Shown here piece after piece: positions 38,459 through 53,030 of a DNA stretch of 64,000 nt. The position numbers were made by a program, and so were the translations under genes. Positions within the stretch are counted from its first letter, which is position 1. Each line of letters starts with the position of its first letter. The DNA is from Octopus sinensis (taxonomy: Eukaryota). The stretch covers positions 55,180,001-55,244,000 of the forward strand of contig NC_042999.1 in the NCBI RefSeq assembly GCF_006345805.1, in the 5' to 3' direction. The notes beneath the pieces were generated by a model that made no database searches, was not told the origin of the DNA, and saw only the letters and a program-made list of their open reading frames with translations.

Positions 38459-39012
38459 GCCCTGATGCAATACCAGGCAGTGGCTCGCATGGCTTCTGAT
38501 CTTAAATGATTGGAAGTGTTATCATGTAAATTGTTTCGTCTTGGTATAAAAGATGGGCTACAGCAAATATTCTGCTCAAAACCACAGATTTGCTTGTCAG
38601 TTGTTTGACCATAACCAGTTGAGCATGTCCCTTAGAGGCTGACGATATGTGTATCTCTGATCACGAGCAGAAGTAGTGCGGGATCATCATAGCCATATGC
38701 TGAGAGGAATTCTTTGGAGTTTGAATAATTCACCTTTGGAAACACGGGTGTTTTGTTCCTCCTCCTTAAACAACCCGTGTTCAGGGACCTTTTAAGTGGG
38801 ATGGGCTACTCGACCAGAAGAAAATTCTAACTGGGCTCCACCTGCACGATCATTCGCTGTTTATCTTGATATGAGATCACCATGTCACGACATATGGTTG
38901 TGATGCATGTACCTGGTGTACCCTTATCAGACGAGTAGTCGTGATGGGTATATTGAGATTCGTATATTTTACCCTAGTGTCACTTTGATGGCAGGTATTA
39001 CTCTCTCGTTGA
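38457..39012 (+). mobile_element. Element D (~555 bp, non-coding), copy 1
   Basis: Bounded by (AAT)n on both sides; aligns end to end with 39056-39611; strand inferred. Confidence 0.8.
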
Positions 39013-39055
39013 CTAATAATAATAATAATAATGATGATAATAATAATAATAATAA

Positions 39056-39611
39056 ATGCCCTGATGCAGTACCAGGCAGAGGTTCTCATGGCTTCTGATC
39101 TTAACTGATTGGAAGTGTTATCATGTACATTGTTCTGTCTTGGTATAAAAGATGGGCTACAGCAAATATTCTGCTCAATACCACAGATTTGCTTGTCAGT
39201 TGTTTGACCTTAACCAGTTGAGCATGTCCCTTAGTGGCTGACGATATGTGCATGTCTGATCACGAGCAGAATTAGTGGGGGAGCATCATAGCCATGTGTT
39301 GAGAGGGATTCTTTGGGGTTTGAATAATTCACCTCTGGAGACATGGGTGGGCTTTTCAACATCCTTAAACAACCCTTATTCAGGGACCGTTTGAGCGGGA
39401 TGGGCTACTCAACCTGAAGAAAATTCTAACTGCGCCCCACCTGCAAGGTCATGTGCAGTTTATCTTGATATGAGATCACCATGCCGCGCACATATGGTTG
39501 TGATGCATGTGCCTGGTGTACCTTTATCAGACGGGTAGTCATGATGGGTATATTGGGCTTCGTATATTTTACCCCAGTGTCACTTTGATGGCATGAACTG
39601 CTCTCTCACTC
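39056..39611 (+). mobile_element. Element D, copy 2
   Basis: gccctgatgcagtaccaggcag ... ctgctctctcactc then (AAT)n. Confidence 0.8.
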
Positions 39612-39642
<31 letters not shown>

Positions 39643-39654
39643 TCATCAACAACA

Positions 39655-40581
39655 CTTTCTACTTTAGACACAAGGCTTGAAATTTGGTTGTTGGGGGCGG
39701 CGACTAGTCGATTACATCAACCCCAAGTACTTAATTTATCGACCCTGAAAGGGTGAAAGGTAAAGTTAACCTCAGCGGAATTTGAACTCAGAAGAACGTA
39801 GCGACAAGGTGAAATACCTATTTCTTTACTACTCACAAGGGGCTAAACACAGAGGGGACAAACAAGGACAGACAAACGGATTAAGTCGATTACATCGACC
39901 CCAGTGCGTAACTGGTACTTAATTTATCGATCTCGAACGGATGAAAGGCAAAGTCGACCTCGGCGGAATTTGAACTCAGAATGTAGTGGCAGACGAAATA
40001 CCTATTTCTTTACTACCCACAAGGGGTTAAACACAGAGGGGAGAAACAAGGACAGACAAACGGATTAAGTCGATTACATCGACACCAGTGCGTAACTGAT
40101 TTATCGTTCCCGAAAGGATGAAAGGCAAAGTCGACCTCGGCGGAATTTGTACTCAGAATGTAGTGGCAGACGAAATACCTATTTCTTTACTACCCACAAG
40201 GGGTTAAACACAGAGGGGAGAAACAAGGACAGACAAACGGATTAAGTCGATTACATCGACACCAGTGCGTAACTGATTTATCGTTCCCGAAAGGATGAAA
40301 GGCAAAGTCGACCTCGGCGGAATTTGTACTCAGAATGTAGTGGCAGACGAAATACCTATTTCTTTACTACCCACAAGGGGTTAAACACAGAGGGGAGAAA
40401 CAAGGACAGACAAACGGATTAAGTCGATTACATCGACACCAGTGCGTAACTGATTTATCGTTCCCGAAAGGATGAAAGGCAAAGTCGACCTCGGCGGAAT
40501 TTGAACTCAGAACGTAGCGGCTGACGAAATACGGCTACGCATTTTCGCCCGGCGTGCTAACATTTCTGCCAGCTCGCCGCC
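39655..40581 (-). mobile_element. SINE B tandem array (5 units)
   Basis: Junctions at about 39818, 40001, 40178 and 40355; only one complete head. Confidence 0.92.
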
Positions 40582-40593
40582 ATAATAATAATG

Positions 40594-40635
<42 letters not shown>

Positions 40636-40648
40636 GTAATAATAATAA

Positions 40649-40691
<43 letters not shown>

Positions 40692-41766
40692 TAACAAGAA
40701 CAAGAACAACAGCATATACGTTGTTAATTAACTATAAACAGTTCATCTTGCGGAAGTGTGGGGTCGTCAGAGTCGATCGTAGAGCACTGGCAATAACTTC
40801 TGCTAATTCTTTGCCAGGGCTTTCTTTAATTACTGTTTGGAATATGAAGACCAATGTAAGTGAGAGGCGTCAGTCGTCTTAACCAATCATATCCTAAATA
40901 AATGCATCAATTGCCATAATGAATATAATACGATAGAAGACAACTGCCATATTGACTCGACAATTTTTGTGTTTGTTTATGTATGGGTGCGCGTGTGTGC
41001 GTATCTATGTATAAATACGTACACACACACACACACACATATATATAGTTTGTATGTGTGTGTGTTTATATATACATATATTCATCTATGTATATGTACA
41101 TATGTTTATATATGTATATTTGGTTGTATATATGTATGTATGTTACATATGTTCGTGTCTATGTGTGTTATTGTACATACATAAACACACACACGCATAC
41201 ATATATACATACATACATACAAACATACATAGAACTTGATTAAACGGCGATATATCTCTTTAAAGTATGCAATTTATTTTTACGGCGCTCCTCTTCAGGA
41301 AATGCCATCAGGTTTTAGAAAGCTCAGTCTCCATTTCATTATTTCGTGCCGACTAGGAATTTGTCTGTGCTGCCATGTTAGAAAAATGCCTAATCTTGGA
41401 ATTACAGACTGGGCAGGAAATGGTGCATAATATTGGCAATAATGGAGACACTAGGTCTATGGATAAACGGTGAAATAAGAGTTGATTTTTACTTGAACCA
41501 GCCACCCCACCCAGCACCACAATGGCTGGGTACATATTCACACACACACACACTTGTTTTTATTTTATTTTTGCTGTATTCTTTCATTTCTCTCGCAATT
41601 GCTCGTCTTTTTTTTTGTATTTTGTTACATTTTGCCTTCAGTTTTTTTTCCTAGTTTCCAGATCAGGTAAACTGTACTGTAAAGAAAACTCACAACAATA
41701 GTAATAACAACAACAACAGTAACAACAATAACCACGACAAAATATGTTTGTTTTTCTTATCATTGC

Positions 41767-41809
<43 letters not shown>

Positions 41810-42964
41810 GTTATTGTTATTATTAAATACAGGTCTGATGCCAGCATAGAACACGTGGTCAATGAGTAGGAGGGGATGGCGATGATGTGGAAGAAGAGGG
41901 TAAACGGAGCCAATAATAGCCAGTTGGCACCTGTTGGCGACGACCGGCTCACACTGTTTAACGACGTATAGAGGTTGTCTTGTGGCCTGTATGAAAGAAA
42001 TCAAAGTACTTGTGAACCGGTTGTTCTTTACAAAGTCGTCGTCGTCGTCGTCGTCGCCGTACTTTCGTAAATAACCAACATGTACAATACTACCCTAGCT
42101 GTATTGAACTGTGTATTTATGATGAAAATATACGGTGTATAACTTTATTAAACATATATCGAGGAGTGAAATTAGCCATAGAAGAGTTTATAATATACTG
42201 AGGTTAAAAAATTCTATTTTTCTTCTTAATAAACATCCAGTTATAGCCTCGTTCTGAAAAGTGGTTACAGCAGTATCTCTGTTGAGACGTGGTTGTGGGC
42301 CTTAAGAAGGTTGCTTCCTCACCACATGGTTTCCGGTTCAGTCTTACCGAGTGGGCAGTTGTGTTCCAGGTCCACTATGGTTCTGGGCTAACTAAAAGCC
42401 ACGTGAGAGGAATTACTAAACGGTTACTTGAAAAGTATATGTGGGTGTATATAATTTTCGCTTTATTGATTTTATAAAGAGGAAAGGTTAATTTTCGGTG
42501 TCTCATGAAGGAACCGAAGAATATCCAAGGTCCAGTTGTTGGGGTAAGATTTCAACTGGTCGACCAGCAACGGAGGAAGACTGTGCCCAGTGTATGTATG
42601 TATGTATGTATGTATGTATGTATGTATGTATGTATGTATGTATGTATGTATGTATGTATGTATACTCAAGACACATATCGTTGATTCACTTGACCTGTCT
42701 TAATCGCATTAACGGGAATTGGAGATAGGATCACCCATAATTTCAACGAGAAACTAAGATCCTTCGAGGATTTGCAATGGAACACGGATGAACCTACAAG
42801 AAATACTGACAATCTAATCGCAGCATTGTTGGTGCACATTCGAAAATGACTTTGTCACGATTCTTAGAATTAACTTCAACATATCGGAAGGTGAAGATGT
42901 ACCTGTTCACGGACGCATTACCCGATACAGTCACGTTTCGCAATGACTATCCATAAAGCGTCGA

Positions 42965-43260
42965 GGGCGCACGGTACAGAGGTAAAGGTATTGCTCTCTA
43001 GATTGTGAAAACTTGATTTCGATTCCCAGACCGAGCGGTGTGTTGTGTTCTTGATTAAACCATTTCATCTCACTTTGCTTTGCGATCACTTCGACATCCG
43101 AAGTGTGGTACCCCATGCCGCTGTTCAGGCAACATCGATTTGATGGAAGGAGTGAGTGAGTGTGCAAAGCATACATTCTATCACTATAAACGAATCATAT
43201 CTACAGATCGCTCAGCAAAGAAATGCAGAACCGTTTTTCTCGGACTACGAGGGATTACCG
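42965..43260 (+). mobile_element. SINE family C-related
   Basis: tttcgattcccagaccgagcggtgtgttgtgttcttg; homologous to 16755-16938. Confidence 0.6.
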
Positions 43261-43262
43261 TT

Positions 43263-43826
43263 ACCTATTTCTTTACTACCCACAAGGGACTAAACACAGA
43301 GAGGACAAACAAGGACAGACAAACGGATTAAGTTGGTACTTAATTTATCGAAATTACCGAAAGGATGAAAGGCAAAGTCGACCTCGGCGGAATTTGAACC
43401 CAGAACGTAGCAGCAGACGAAATACCTATTTCTTTACTACCCACAAGGGGCTTAAACACAGAGAGAACAAACGGATTAAGTCGATTACATCGACCCCAGT
43501 GCGTAACTGGTACTTAATTTATCGACCCCGAAAGGATGAAAGGCAAAGTCGACCTCGGTGGAATTTGAACTCAGAACGTAGCGGCAGACGAAATACCTAT
43601 TTCTTTATTACCCACAAGGGGCTAAACATAGAGGGGACAAACAAGGACAGACATAGGTATTAAGTCGATTATATCGACCCCAGTTCGTAACTGGTACTTA
43701 ATTTATCGACCCCAAAAGGATGAAAGGCAAAGTCGACCTCGGTGGAATTTGAACTCAGAACGTAGCAGCAGACGAAATACCGCTAAGCATTTCACCCGGC
43801 GTGCTAACGATTCTGCCAGCTCGCCG
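43263..43826 (-). mobile_element. SINE B tandem array (3 units)
   Basis: Junction gacgaaatacctatttc near 43425 and 43596. Confidence 0.9.
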
Positions 43827-44317
43827 TTACCATCATGCATAAAGCATAAGGAGGACATACCATGCAGAATGATCTAATCCGTCTTGAGAAACCAATATTG
43901 CAGCATGGTCTGCGATATGTAGCTTTTAGCCGGGGAATAAGGAATGAAGATGTTAAAGTAGTCTTGAAGGATGGCAAGTTTACCAGAAATGATGTCATAA
44001 AAAGTAATCTGCACGCTAAAGGGTTAAACCTCCAAGAGTTACAGTTGTCTTTCCTCTTTAATACGGAAAGCATTATCAAAATTCACAAATTAGATTACGC
44101 GCGCGCGCGCACACACACATACACACACCTTCATAATTACCAAGAATCTCATCAACAAACTGATAAACAAATCAGTACATTATTTATCAAGCAACGCCGG
44201 GTAACAACTCTCTAATATATATATATGTGTGTGTATATATATATATATATATATGCGTGTGTATATATATATAGATTTGTGTATATACACACATATATAT
44301 ACATACATACACACATG

Positions 44318-44376
<59 letters not shown>

Positions 44377-45085
44377 TATAAATATATATATATATATATA
44401 ATATATATATATATATACACATATATATATATATACACACACACACACATATACATATCCAAACGCACACTGCTATTATACTGGTTTGCTAAACTCCAAA
44501 TGTCGTGTCCAATAGGCGTGCTTTTCTTTTCTTGCTTTTCTTTTTTTTTCTTTTTCTTTTTTTTTTTTACTTCGCTGCTATTTTTAATGAAAGAGATGTC
44601 ATTGAAATCGTAGAGGGTGGAGAAAAAAAAACAACAACACAACATGTAAAAACATATACATATAAACAGTGTATGGGTACATGGCGTACAGGGTACCTGA
44701 TTAATGGGTTTAACCCCTTAATCTACAGCCACCTTCTTTCCACTGGGTGTAATCCCCTTCACGATCCTGTTATATAATATGGCGCCTTTCTCGATGCAAC
44801 AAGTCAAATTGCATTCGCTGGCAGTGGGTATCTTGAAGTAAATTACATTAGGTGGCAGTTCCTTTCTGACCCCTACTTCATGTTTAACCCTACCACCGCC
44901 ATCAACGCCGCCACCGCCACCATCATAATTATTATCATCAATCTCTTTCTTTAATTGAAAAACAAAAGAGAAAAAAACAAAATTTATCATAAAACAATTC
45001 AAAAAGTATCAATGTAAATCGGACCCGCTACTGGGTTACCCGAAATGGCGGCCGTTGCATTCAATCGGTTTGTATCTGGATGTTT

Positions 45086-45162
<77 letters not shown>

Positions 45163-46516
45163 CCTGCTCTCCATTTTGTGCAATTGTAATACGACAACCA
45201 TCATATAGTGTCGGTTTTTTTTCGCCAACAACGCATTTAATGAGCTGTAATGTAAAAACTAATTCTGGTAGAGTTTGAACACCGATGTCTGGGGAACCGT
45301 ACGGCAACTTCTCGTTACTCATGTAGTGTGTGGAAGATCTGTAAAGTACGAGGGTGGCAATGTACTATATCTTCAGTAGGGGTGGGGTTGCCCAATTTGG
45401 CTAGTATTGGACATAGGAAGGACATTATAGCAATGACAGACGAACTGGAGAGGAAAGCAGAAAAATACATCACCATGGACATGGCTCGGGTATGTGACAG
45501 AAAATCCAAGACAGGGAGAGGACAAACCACGGAATGGCTGCGTTGGAATGGCTGCATTGGAATGGTTACGCTTGTATTTAGTTGGGCGTGGAGGGTGTAT
45601 GCATGGCGGAGGAATGTAGCATCGGTACTATTTGGCTTCTCCGCAAGAAGCGGTTCTGTCGGAAGGTGTCGAAATCACTATGGTCTCCAGTCAGGAGCTG
45701 ATGAAAAGGATGTCGCTATGAGTAAGTTTATGTAAAAATACATGAATCGCCTCCACCACCACCACCAGCAGTAGCACCAGCAACAACAAAAGCAACAGTT
45801 ATTTTGTATTCTTTAGCAAATATTTTTTTATAATCGATGCCAATCAAGCGAACAGAGGGCTCCCCTTGGTTGGTTATTCATACTCTTATTACCTACAGCA
45901 GCAGCAGCAGCAGAACTCCTCAACCTACATAAATGAACTGTGTTCAAGTAAAGTACGGTTAGAAGTTACGGCGGTGGTGGTGGTGAGAGTTGGGATTAAC
46001 TTGGTAGTGGCGGTGGAATGGTGGGAACGGATAGTGTATGCAGTATTACTACGATATATTATCATTATCATTAGAAAACATAACGATGAAGAAACGATTA
46101 GTAGCAGCAGCGGTAGTGGTGGTGACGGTGGATTTTATAAGGAGTCAACCATGCATTTATTTAAGACATCAACAGACATTAAATAAAAGAAAGCGTAGCT
46201 GCATTCAATAAACTCGGGTTTGTAGTTTAACGGTCTCCAATAATGGCGTATTTATAACGTTTAATTTATTCCAAACTCGACAACGAAATATCACACACAC
46301 GACAAACTGCTTCTGTGTCGCCTTTTTTTTTTTTATATCTCCTTATATATGTTCACAAAAGCACGGTTGTATGGTTAAGAAGCTCGCTTTTCAGGTTCAG
46401 TCCCGCTATGTGGCACCTTGGACAAGTTTCTTCTATTATAGACCCGGGATGACAGCGATTTGTGAATCACCATTTGTTAGAATTAAATTGCACGGAAGCC
46501 TACCGTTAATGATTTT

Positions 46517-47085
46517 TTTAAGGACGGCATAAGGACTACTTTGAAATCACTTGGAATGGATCCAGAAGACATAGAAACCCTTGCTTCGGATCGAGTTGGA
46601 TGGCGAACAAAAGTGTGGAGTGGAGTGAAAGCATTTGAAGCGGCCATGATAACGCATGCAAGACTCAAAAGAGATCTAAGGAAGAATGTTACGATCGAGA
46701 AGGTGAATGACAATGATCTTTTTCGTGTGCACAGTTAGTGGGAGACCACGCCTTTCCTTTGCTGGGCTCAAATTTCATTTGCGAACCCATGGAAAACGAA
46801 CCTCCACTAACTATTCTGCCTATATGACTGTGCACACCTTTGAATTTAGTGTATGCCGGAAGGTTTGCAAATCTAACGGAGGCCTCAAAAGACTTTCTAA
46901 GATCCACAAAGATCAGAACTTATCTGCATCTCCTGGTGGTCCAAATTGGATGTGCAATCTATGTGGGCGTCTTTTCAGAATATTGTCTGATTTAAAAAGC
47001 CACATTAGAATGACATGCCATGATGGTGTTAAGGTGTAGACACAGTAGGTGGTCAAACTCTGCATAAGGAGTAGACAACCACCAT
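46517..47085 (+). mobile_element. RTE-clade LINE 3' end with three C2H2 zinc fingers, nested in SINE A
   Basis: FKDGIRTTLKSLGMDPEDIETLASDRVGWR (RTE C-terminal motif), frameshift, three C-x2-C-x12-H-spaced units; SINE A halves at 46360-46506 and 47170-47380. Confidence 0.8.
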
Positions 47086-47092
47086 ATATATA

Positions 47093-47127
<35 letters not shown>

Positions 47128-47404
47128 CATATATGCATATATATGTGTGTGTATGTATATATATATATATTTGTGTGTCTGTGTTTATCCCCCTGCCATC
47201 ACTTGACAACCGATGTTGATGTGTTTACGTCTTCGGAGCCTAGCAGTTCGGCAGAGAGGCCAATAAAATAAGTACTAGGTTTATAAAGAACAAGTACTGG
47301 GGTCGATTTGTTCGAGGAAAAGGCGGTGCTCCAGCATGGCTGCAGTCAGACAACTGAAACAAGTGAAAGAATAAAAGATTACACACACACACACATATGA
47401 TATA

Positions 47405-47553
47405 ACAGGCTTCTTTCAGTTTCCGTTTATGAAATCCACTCTTTGATCGGCTCAAGGCTATTGTAGAAGACACTTGCCCAAGGTGTCACACAGTGGGACT
47501 GAACCCGGAACCATGTGGTTGGGAGGCAAGTTTCTAACTACACAGCCACGCCT
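47405..47553 (-). mobile_element. SINE family A 5' half
   Basis: Reverse-complement match. Confidence 0.8.
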
Positions 47554-48079
47554 GACCAAGAAATCAAATAAATTACTCTAATATAGAAATCAGGATATTT
47601 TCTATAAAACCATCAAAAGAAATATAATTTCTTCCACAGCCCCTACCCCGATCAAAATTCTTTCCTGAGGACCAGATATTGTTTCCCCGAGGGGCCAAGA
47701 ACTTCACGCCCGAGTAACACCGAACCGACTCATAAACACTGTCACCTTTTCTCCATTTATTACCCAGTGTCACGTGAAAGTGTAGTATTCACTACATTTC
47801 TCACACACACACACTTCACACCATTCAGCAAAGTTCATTCGTTTATTTATCATTTTTTCATTCAAAATTCTTGATTCATGAACAAAGTATAAGTATTTTC
47901 TATTCACAAGTCTACAGCAGCTGCGGTCTGCGTATTCGCTATACATACATACATATACATACATACATACATACATACATACATACATACATACATACAT
48001 TACATACATCTATTATACACTTCGTGTATATAGATGTATACACATACATATATATGTACTATTTATTATGGTCATATAA

Positions 48080-48960
<881 letters not shown>

Positions 48961-49054
48961 AGATATATATACACACACATACATATACACATAAACACTG
49001 CCCACACAATATACATACATACTTGAATACGTGCGTACATATGCCTGTGTTATT

Positions 49055-49340
49055 AAGTTGTGTGGCTTAGAGGTTAGCGCATTCGGCTCACAATCGTCAG
49101 GTCGTGAGTTCGATTCCCGTTGGTGCGTTGTGTCCTTGAGCAAGACACTTCACATCACCTTGCTCCAGCCCACTCAGCTGGTAAAAAACGAAAGGGCCAT
49201 CCATGTCACATTCTGTGTCACGCTGAGAACTACCTTAAGGGTACTTGCATCTGTGGAATACTCAGCCGTTTACACGTTTATTTCCACGAGTTGGCTGTTC
49301 CGTTGATCGGATCAAATGGAACCCTCGTCGTCGTAATAGA
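49055..49340 (+). mobile_element. SINE with CORE-like body and family C tail
   Basis: gagttcgattccc B box, ttgtgtccttgagcaagacactt body, tail gaaccctcgtcgtcgtaa. Confidence 0.75.
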
Positions 49341-49901
49341 CGTAGGGCCAGTTGTGTGTGTGCATGTGAAAGTGTCGGTGTTTGTATCTCTAATAGTGTG
49401 TGAACTTGTACATAATTGTTTGTGCATGAGTATGTGTATACACTTTGCTAGTTTCAGACATGGGCCGACGGCCATGCTGGAGCAGAGCTTTCTAGAGTTT
49501 AAAGAAAAAATCATACCAACCCCATTATTTACCTAATTCTTCGCATCATGTATTTATCGAATGATCAAATAACCTTTTCGACGCGCGCACACGCACACAC
49601 ACACTTGATGGAATTTCCCAACATAAGTTCTCTCTATAAAGTTCTACTCACAATGCATCAGTCATCATACGGCTACAGGAGACGTCATTTGCCAAAGGTA
49701 TTCGGGTGTAGGACAAAATCTTGAATCACGTGATTGCGAAGTGATCACGTGATTGCTTAAGCATAAGCTGAACAGAAAAAACAATGTATTCATCATGTGT
49801 TATTTTCTTAACAATATCTTTGACAAATCTCAGCCTTTAAACAACATCAAGTCATTCTTAGAAGACTTAGCACACTCATTCCGCAGAGCTGGGCCAACAG
49901 A

Positions 49902-49978
<77 letters not shown>

Positions 49979-50129
49979 TCTTTATTCACCATAAGGTTGA
50001 GAAAAAGAGGGGACAATACGGGGACAGACAAAACAAACGTTGGGGTCAGGGTATCGAATGAGACGAAACGTATGAATAAGGTTGTTGCGCTTACTGCATC
50101 GACTCCTTTTAAGCCATCTTCAGGTAAGG

Positions 50130-50228
50130 CAGCGTTTCTCAATCAAGGTCCCTATAAGATTTTGCATCCATCCAAACAAAAAAGAAATCAAAGAGGTTCA
50201 CAGGCAAAACAGGGCTGAGGAACCAGTG
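50130..50228. mobile_element. Small hAT-type MITE remnant
   Basis: cagcgtttctcaatc ... ggctgaggaaccagtg degenerate termini. Confidence 0.45.
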
Positions 50229-52335
50229 TGAACTTTGACACGGTTGCCCGTGGAGATTTATCCTCATTTTAACGTCCGTTTTCTCAGTCCAACATAGGTC
50301 ACATAAATATATTTCTGAAGCATTTTTTTTACTTCGAAGGTGAGAAGCGATCGGATGATTTTTGTTAGTAGGAGATGCGATAATTGAGTTACATTCGATG
50401 AAGATGCGTATAGAAGGAATTCATTTCCGACTGTATAAATTTGACTGCAAAAATGTGGAACAAATTGATGAGGGGGGGGGGCGTAGTCCCTCAATCTTGT
50501 TGGATTAATAAAGGCAGAAAGTGAAGAATCCAGATTTCTTGTAGGGTTTTCATGGAGAGACTTATTGCAGTGGTTCTCCATGTCTAGAAAAGGTCTTAAA
50601 TATTTGCAAGCGATCAAAATATGTGTTTATAGTTCTCCCACTATAAACTTAGAAACAGAAGTGGATTTGGTTGCTGAATGCCAAGAGTGACAAGACCGAG
50701 CATAAGTGATAGTAATAAGGTATGAAAGACCGAAATATCTGATAATTATTTCTTAATTGTAAATCGTATAGAGGGTTTGTTGAGTATCAATAAGTTCGTT
50801 AAGTGAGGGGAGTAGATATGAAAAGATTTTCCCTCACGCAAAATCCACAGCAGCATGTTTTTCAAGGGTATATATACATTAAGCACGGCACAGAAATGGT
50901 TATTTCATCTTCTTATTGTTCTTACTCTAAAGTATATCAGCCTCTTTATGCCAGCAACATTGAACTAATTTTTCTGTTCTAAATCTAGGTTTCTTTAAAT
51001 ATCTCACAATGCCATTTCTTTTGTTTGTGCGAGGGTGAAGCTTGTGAAGTTGCAGGCCACCTCCTCTATCACATTGCTAATTTTCTCCCCTACCCGATCT
51101 TTGTCTCTGTGTCTCGCTTCTCGAGACAACGTCTTTTATCTGTATCATCAATGGTGTTTAAAAATAAAGAACTACGTCTCTTAAAGGAAACGACAGTTCA
51201 GGCGAACTAAGAGACTCTGATCTATGGAATATCATCCTCAGATCAGTTCAAATTACTACCAACTTACCATTTTAGTCAAACCAACTGACACAAAGAATTA
51301 TTTATTGTTGAAACTCGATCCTAAAACCTGTTTATCAAGAGTTCCCATGATGCAATAGTTCTTTGACAAGATCAGAACAATAGTCATAACATTTCTACGA
51401 TACCAACCGACTTCTGCAGTAGCCCCAGGGGAAAGAGAGAGAGAAAGAGAAAGAGTGTGTGAGAAAGAGATTGAAATAGATAGATAGATAGTCAGATATA
51501 GAGGGAGAGAGAGTGTGAGACTGGAATGAGAAACAATGAACCACTCTTCCATGATATGATGCTACCGCTGCCTGCAGCAGTGACTCGTATACATACATTG
51601 TCTCTATTTAATAAAGGTACATAGAATGAAAGCAAGTAGAGTTGGTTTTTGCCAGTGAAGCAGCATCCTTCATTCTGTACCGACTATCGACTACTCATAC
51701 AGGAGCGAGCGGCTTTTCCAGCTGGGCTGAGTAGTTGTCGTTGCTAAACCCAGATTAGCTCTGACTTAGCAGATCTTATAACCAAAGGTGTTTACTAGAA
51801 GGACAGTAAGATATTCCAAATCGTGCCGTTTATGAAAAACCTAAACGAAGCAAAACGAACACAACAAACAAAAAAAAAACCCCCCACCAGAAAACAACAA
51901 ACAACAGAGGCGAAAACCAAAGGCAAAAAAGGCGAAAACACGATGGCGTTTGATTTGGCGGCTGCTTTTCAGTAAGTGAAGCCCTCTAGTTGGCTCAAAG
52001 GAATTTTTCCCTCATCCTCTGTCCATTAGGACGGCATGCGTTGGCCTGTTCCGTAGGATCCAATGGATCGGCCGGCCACACCTTATTCTAGTGTGTCTGT
52101 ATGGCTTCTACGGTTGGATGCCCTTCCTAATACTAATTTCCAAACAGGACAGAGAGCATTGTTTTGTGACACCAGTACTACAGAATTTGCCTTGCGTCGG
52201 GCAAGATTAAAGAGTCTTTCTGAGTCCGACTCAAATCTATATCTACTCCTAACAGCTTCATCATAAAATTTTGTTTATAAGTGACATGAAAACGGTGACG
52301 TTTTCATGTCAAGATTGAATGTTTATTTACTATGA

Positions 52336-52680
52336 AATCATCATCATCATTTAACGTCCGTTGTTCATGCTGGCATGGGTTGGACAGTTTGACTGGGTTG
52401 GCACGCTGGAAGGCTGCGCCAAACTCCAGTCTGATTTGGCATGATTTTTTACGGCTCGATGCCCTTCCTAATGCCAACCACTCCGAGAGTGTAATGGGTG
52501 CTCTTACGTGCCACACTGGCACTGATGCCATTTGCGTAACACCGGTATCTGTCACGACTGCGATTTTGCTTGGCGTGATGGGTCTTCTTCTCAAGCATTA
52601 CATAATGCCAAAGGTCTTGGTTATTGGCTCCATGAGGCCCAACACTTGAGAGGAACTCAGCCACTTTACCTTCGTCAGGC
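52336..52680 (-). mobile_element. Family E retroposon 3' end
   Basis: Match to 29298-29490, longer. Confidence 0.75.
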
Positions 52681-52699
52681 CCAATGCTATTCTGTTATT

Positions 52700-53030
52700 T
52701 TTGACTTGTTCCAGTCTGTAGACTGAGGCCATGCCGAGGTACCGCCCTGAAGAAATCCTAGTCAAATAAATCGAACCCAGTAATTTTCTTTTAAGGTCTA
52801 GTATCTATTCTATCGATCTCTTCGGCTGAACTACCAAATCACGGGGCCGCAAACAAACCAACATCGGTCGTCAAGCAGTGGTGGGGAGACAAACACACAT
52901 GATAGGCTTCTTTCCGTTTCCGTCAACCAAATCCACTGACAAGGCTTCGATCAACCCTTGGCTATAGTGGAAGATACTTGCCCAAGGCGCTTCGCAGTGG
53001 TTGGGAAGCAAACATCTTACCCTACAGCCA
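52700..53030 (-). mobile_element. Degenerate SINE family A
   Basis: Reverse-complement match. Confidence 0.7.

Noticed and set aside
38457-38500. Resemblance of element D 5' end to tRNA-Sec or an HDV-like ribozyme
   Set aside because: Similarity limited to a few bases; could not build the cloverleaf or pseudoknot by eye
39655-40581. Regular repeats resembling a CRISPR-like array
   Set aside because: Whole 177-bp units repeat with no unique spacers; eukaryotic SINE sequence, no cas genes
46707-47039. Host C2H2 zinc-finger gene
   Set aside because: No TGEKP linkers, mutated ligands, contiguous with an RTE C-terminus and nested in a SINE
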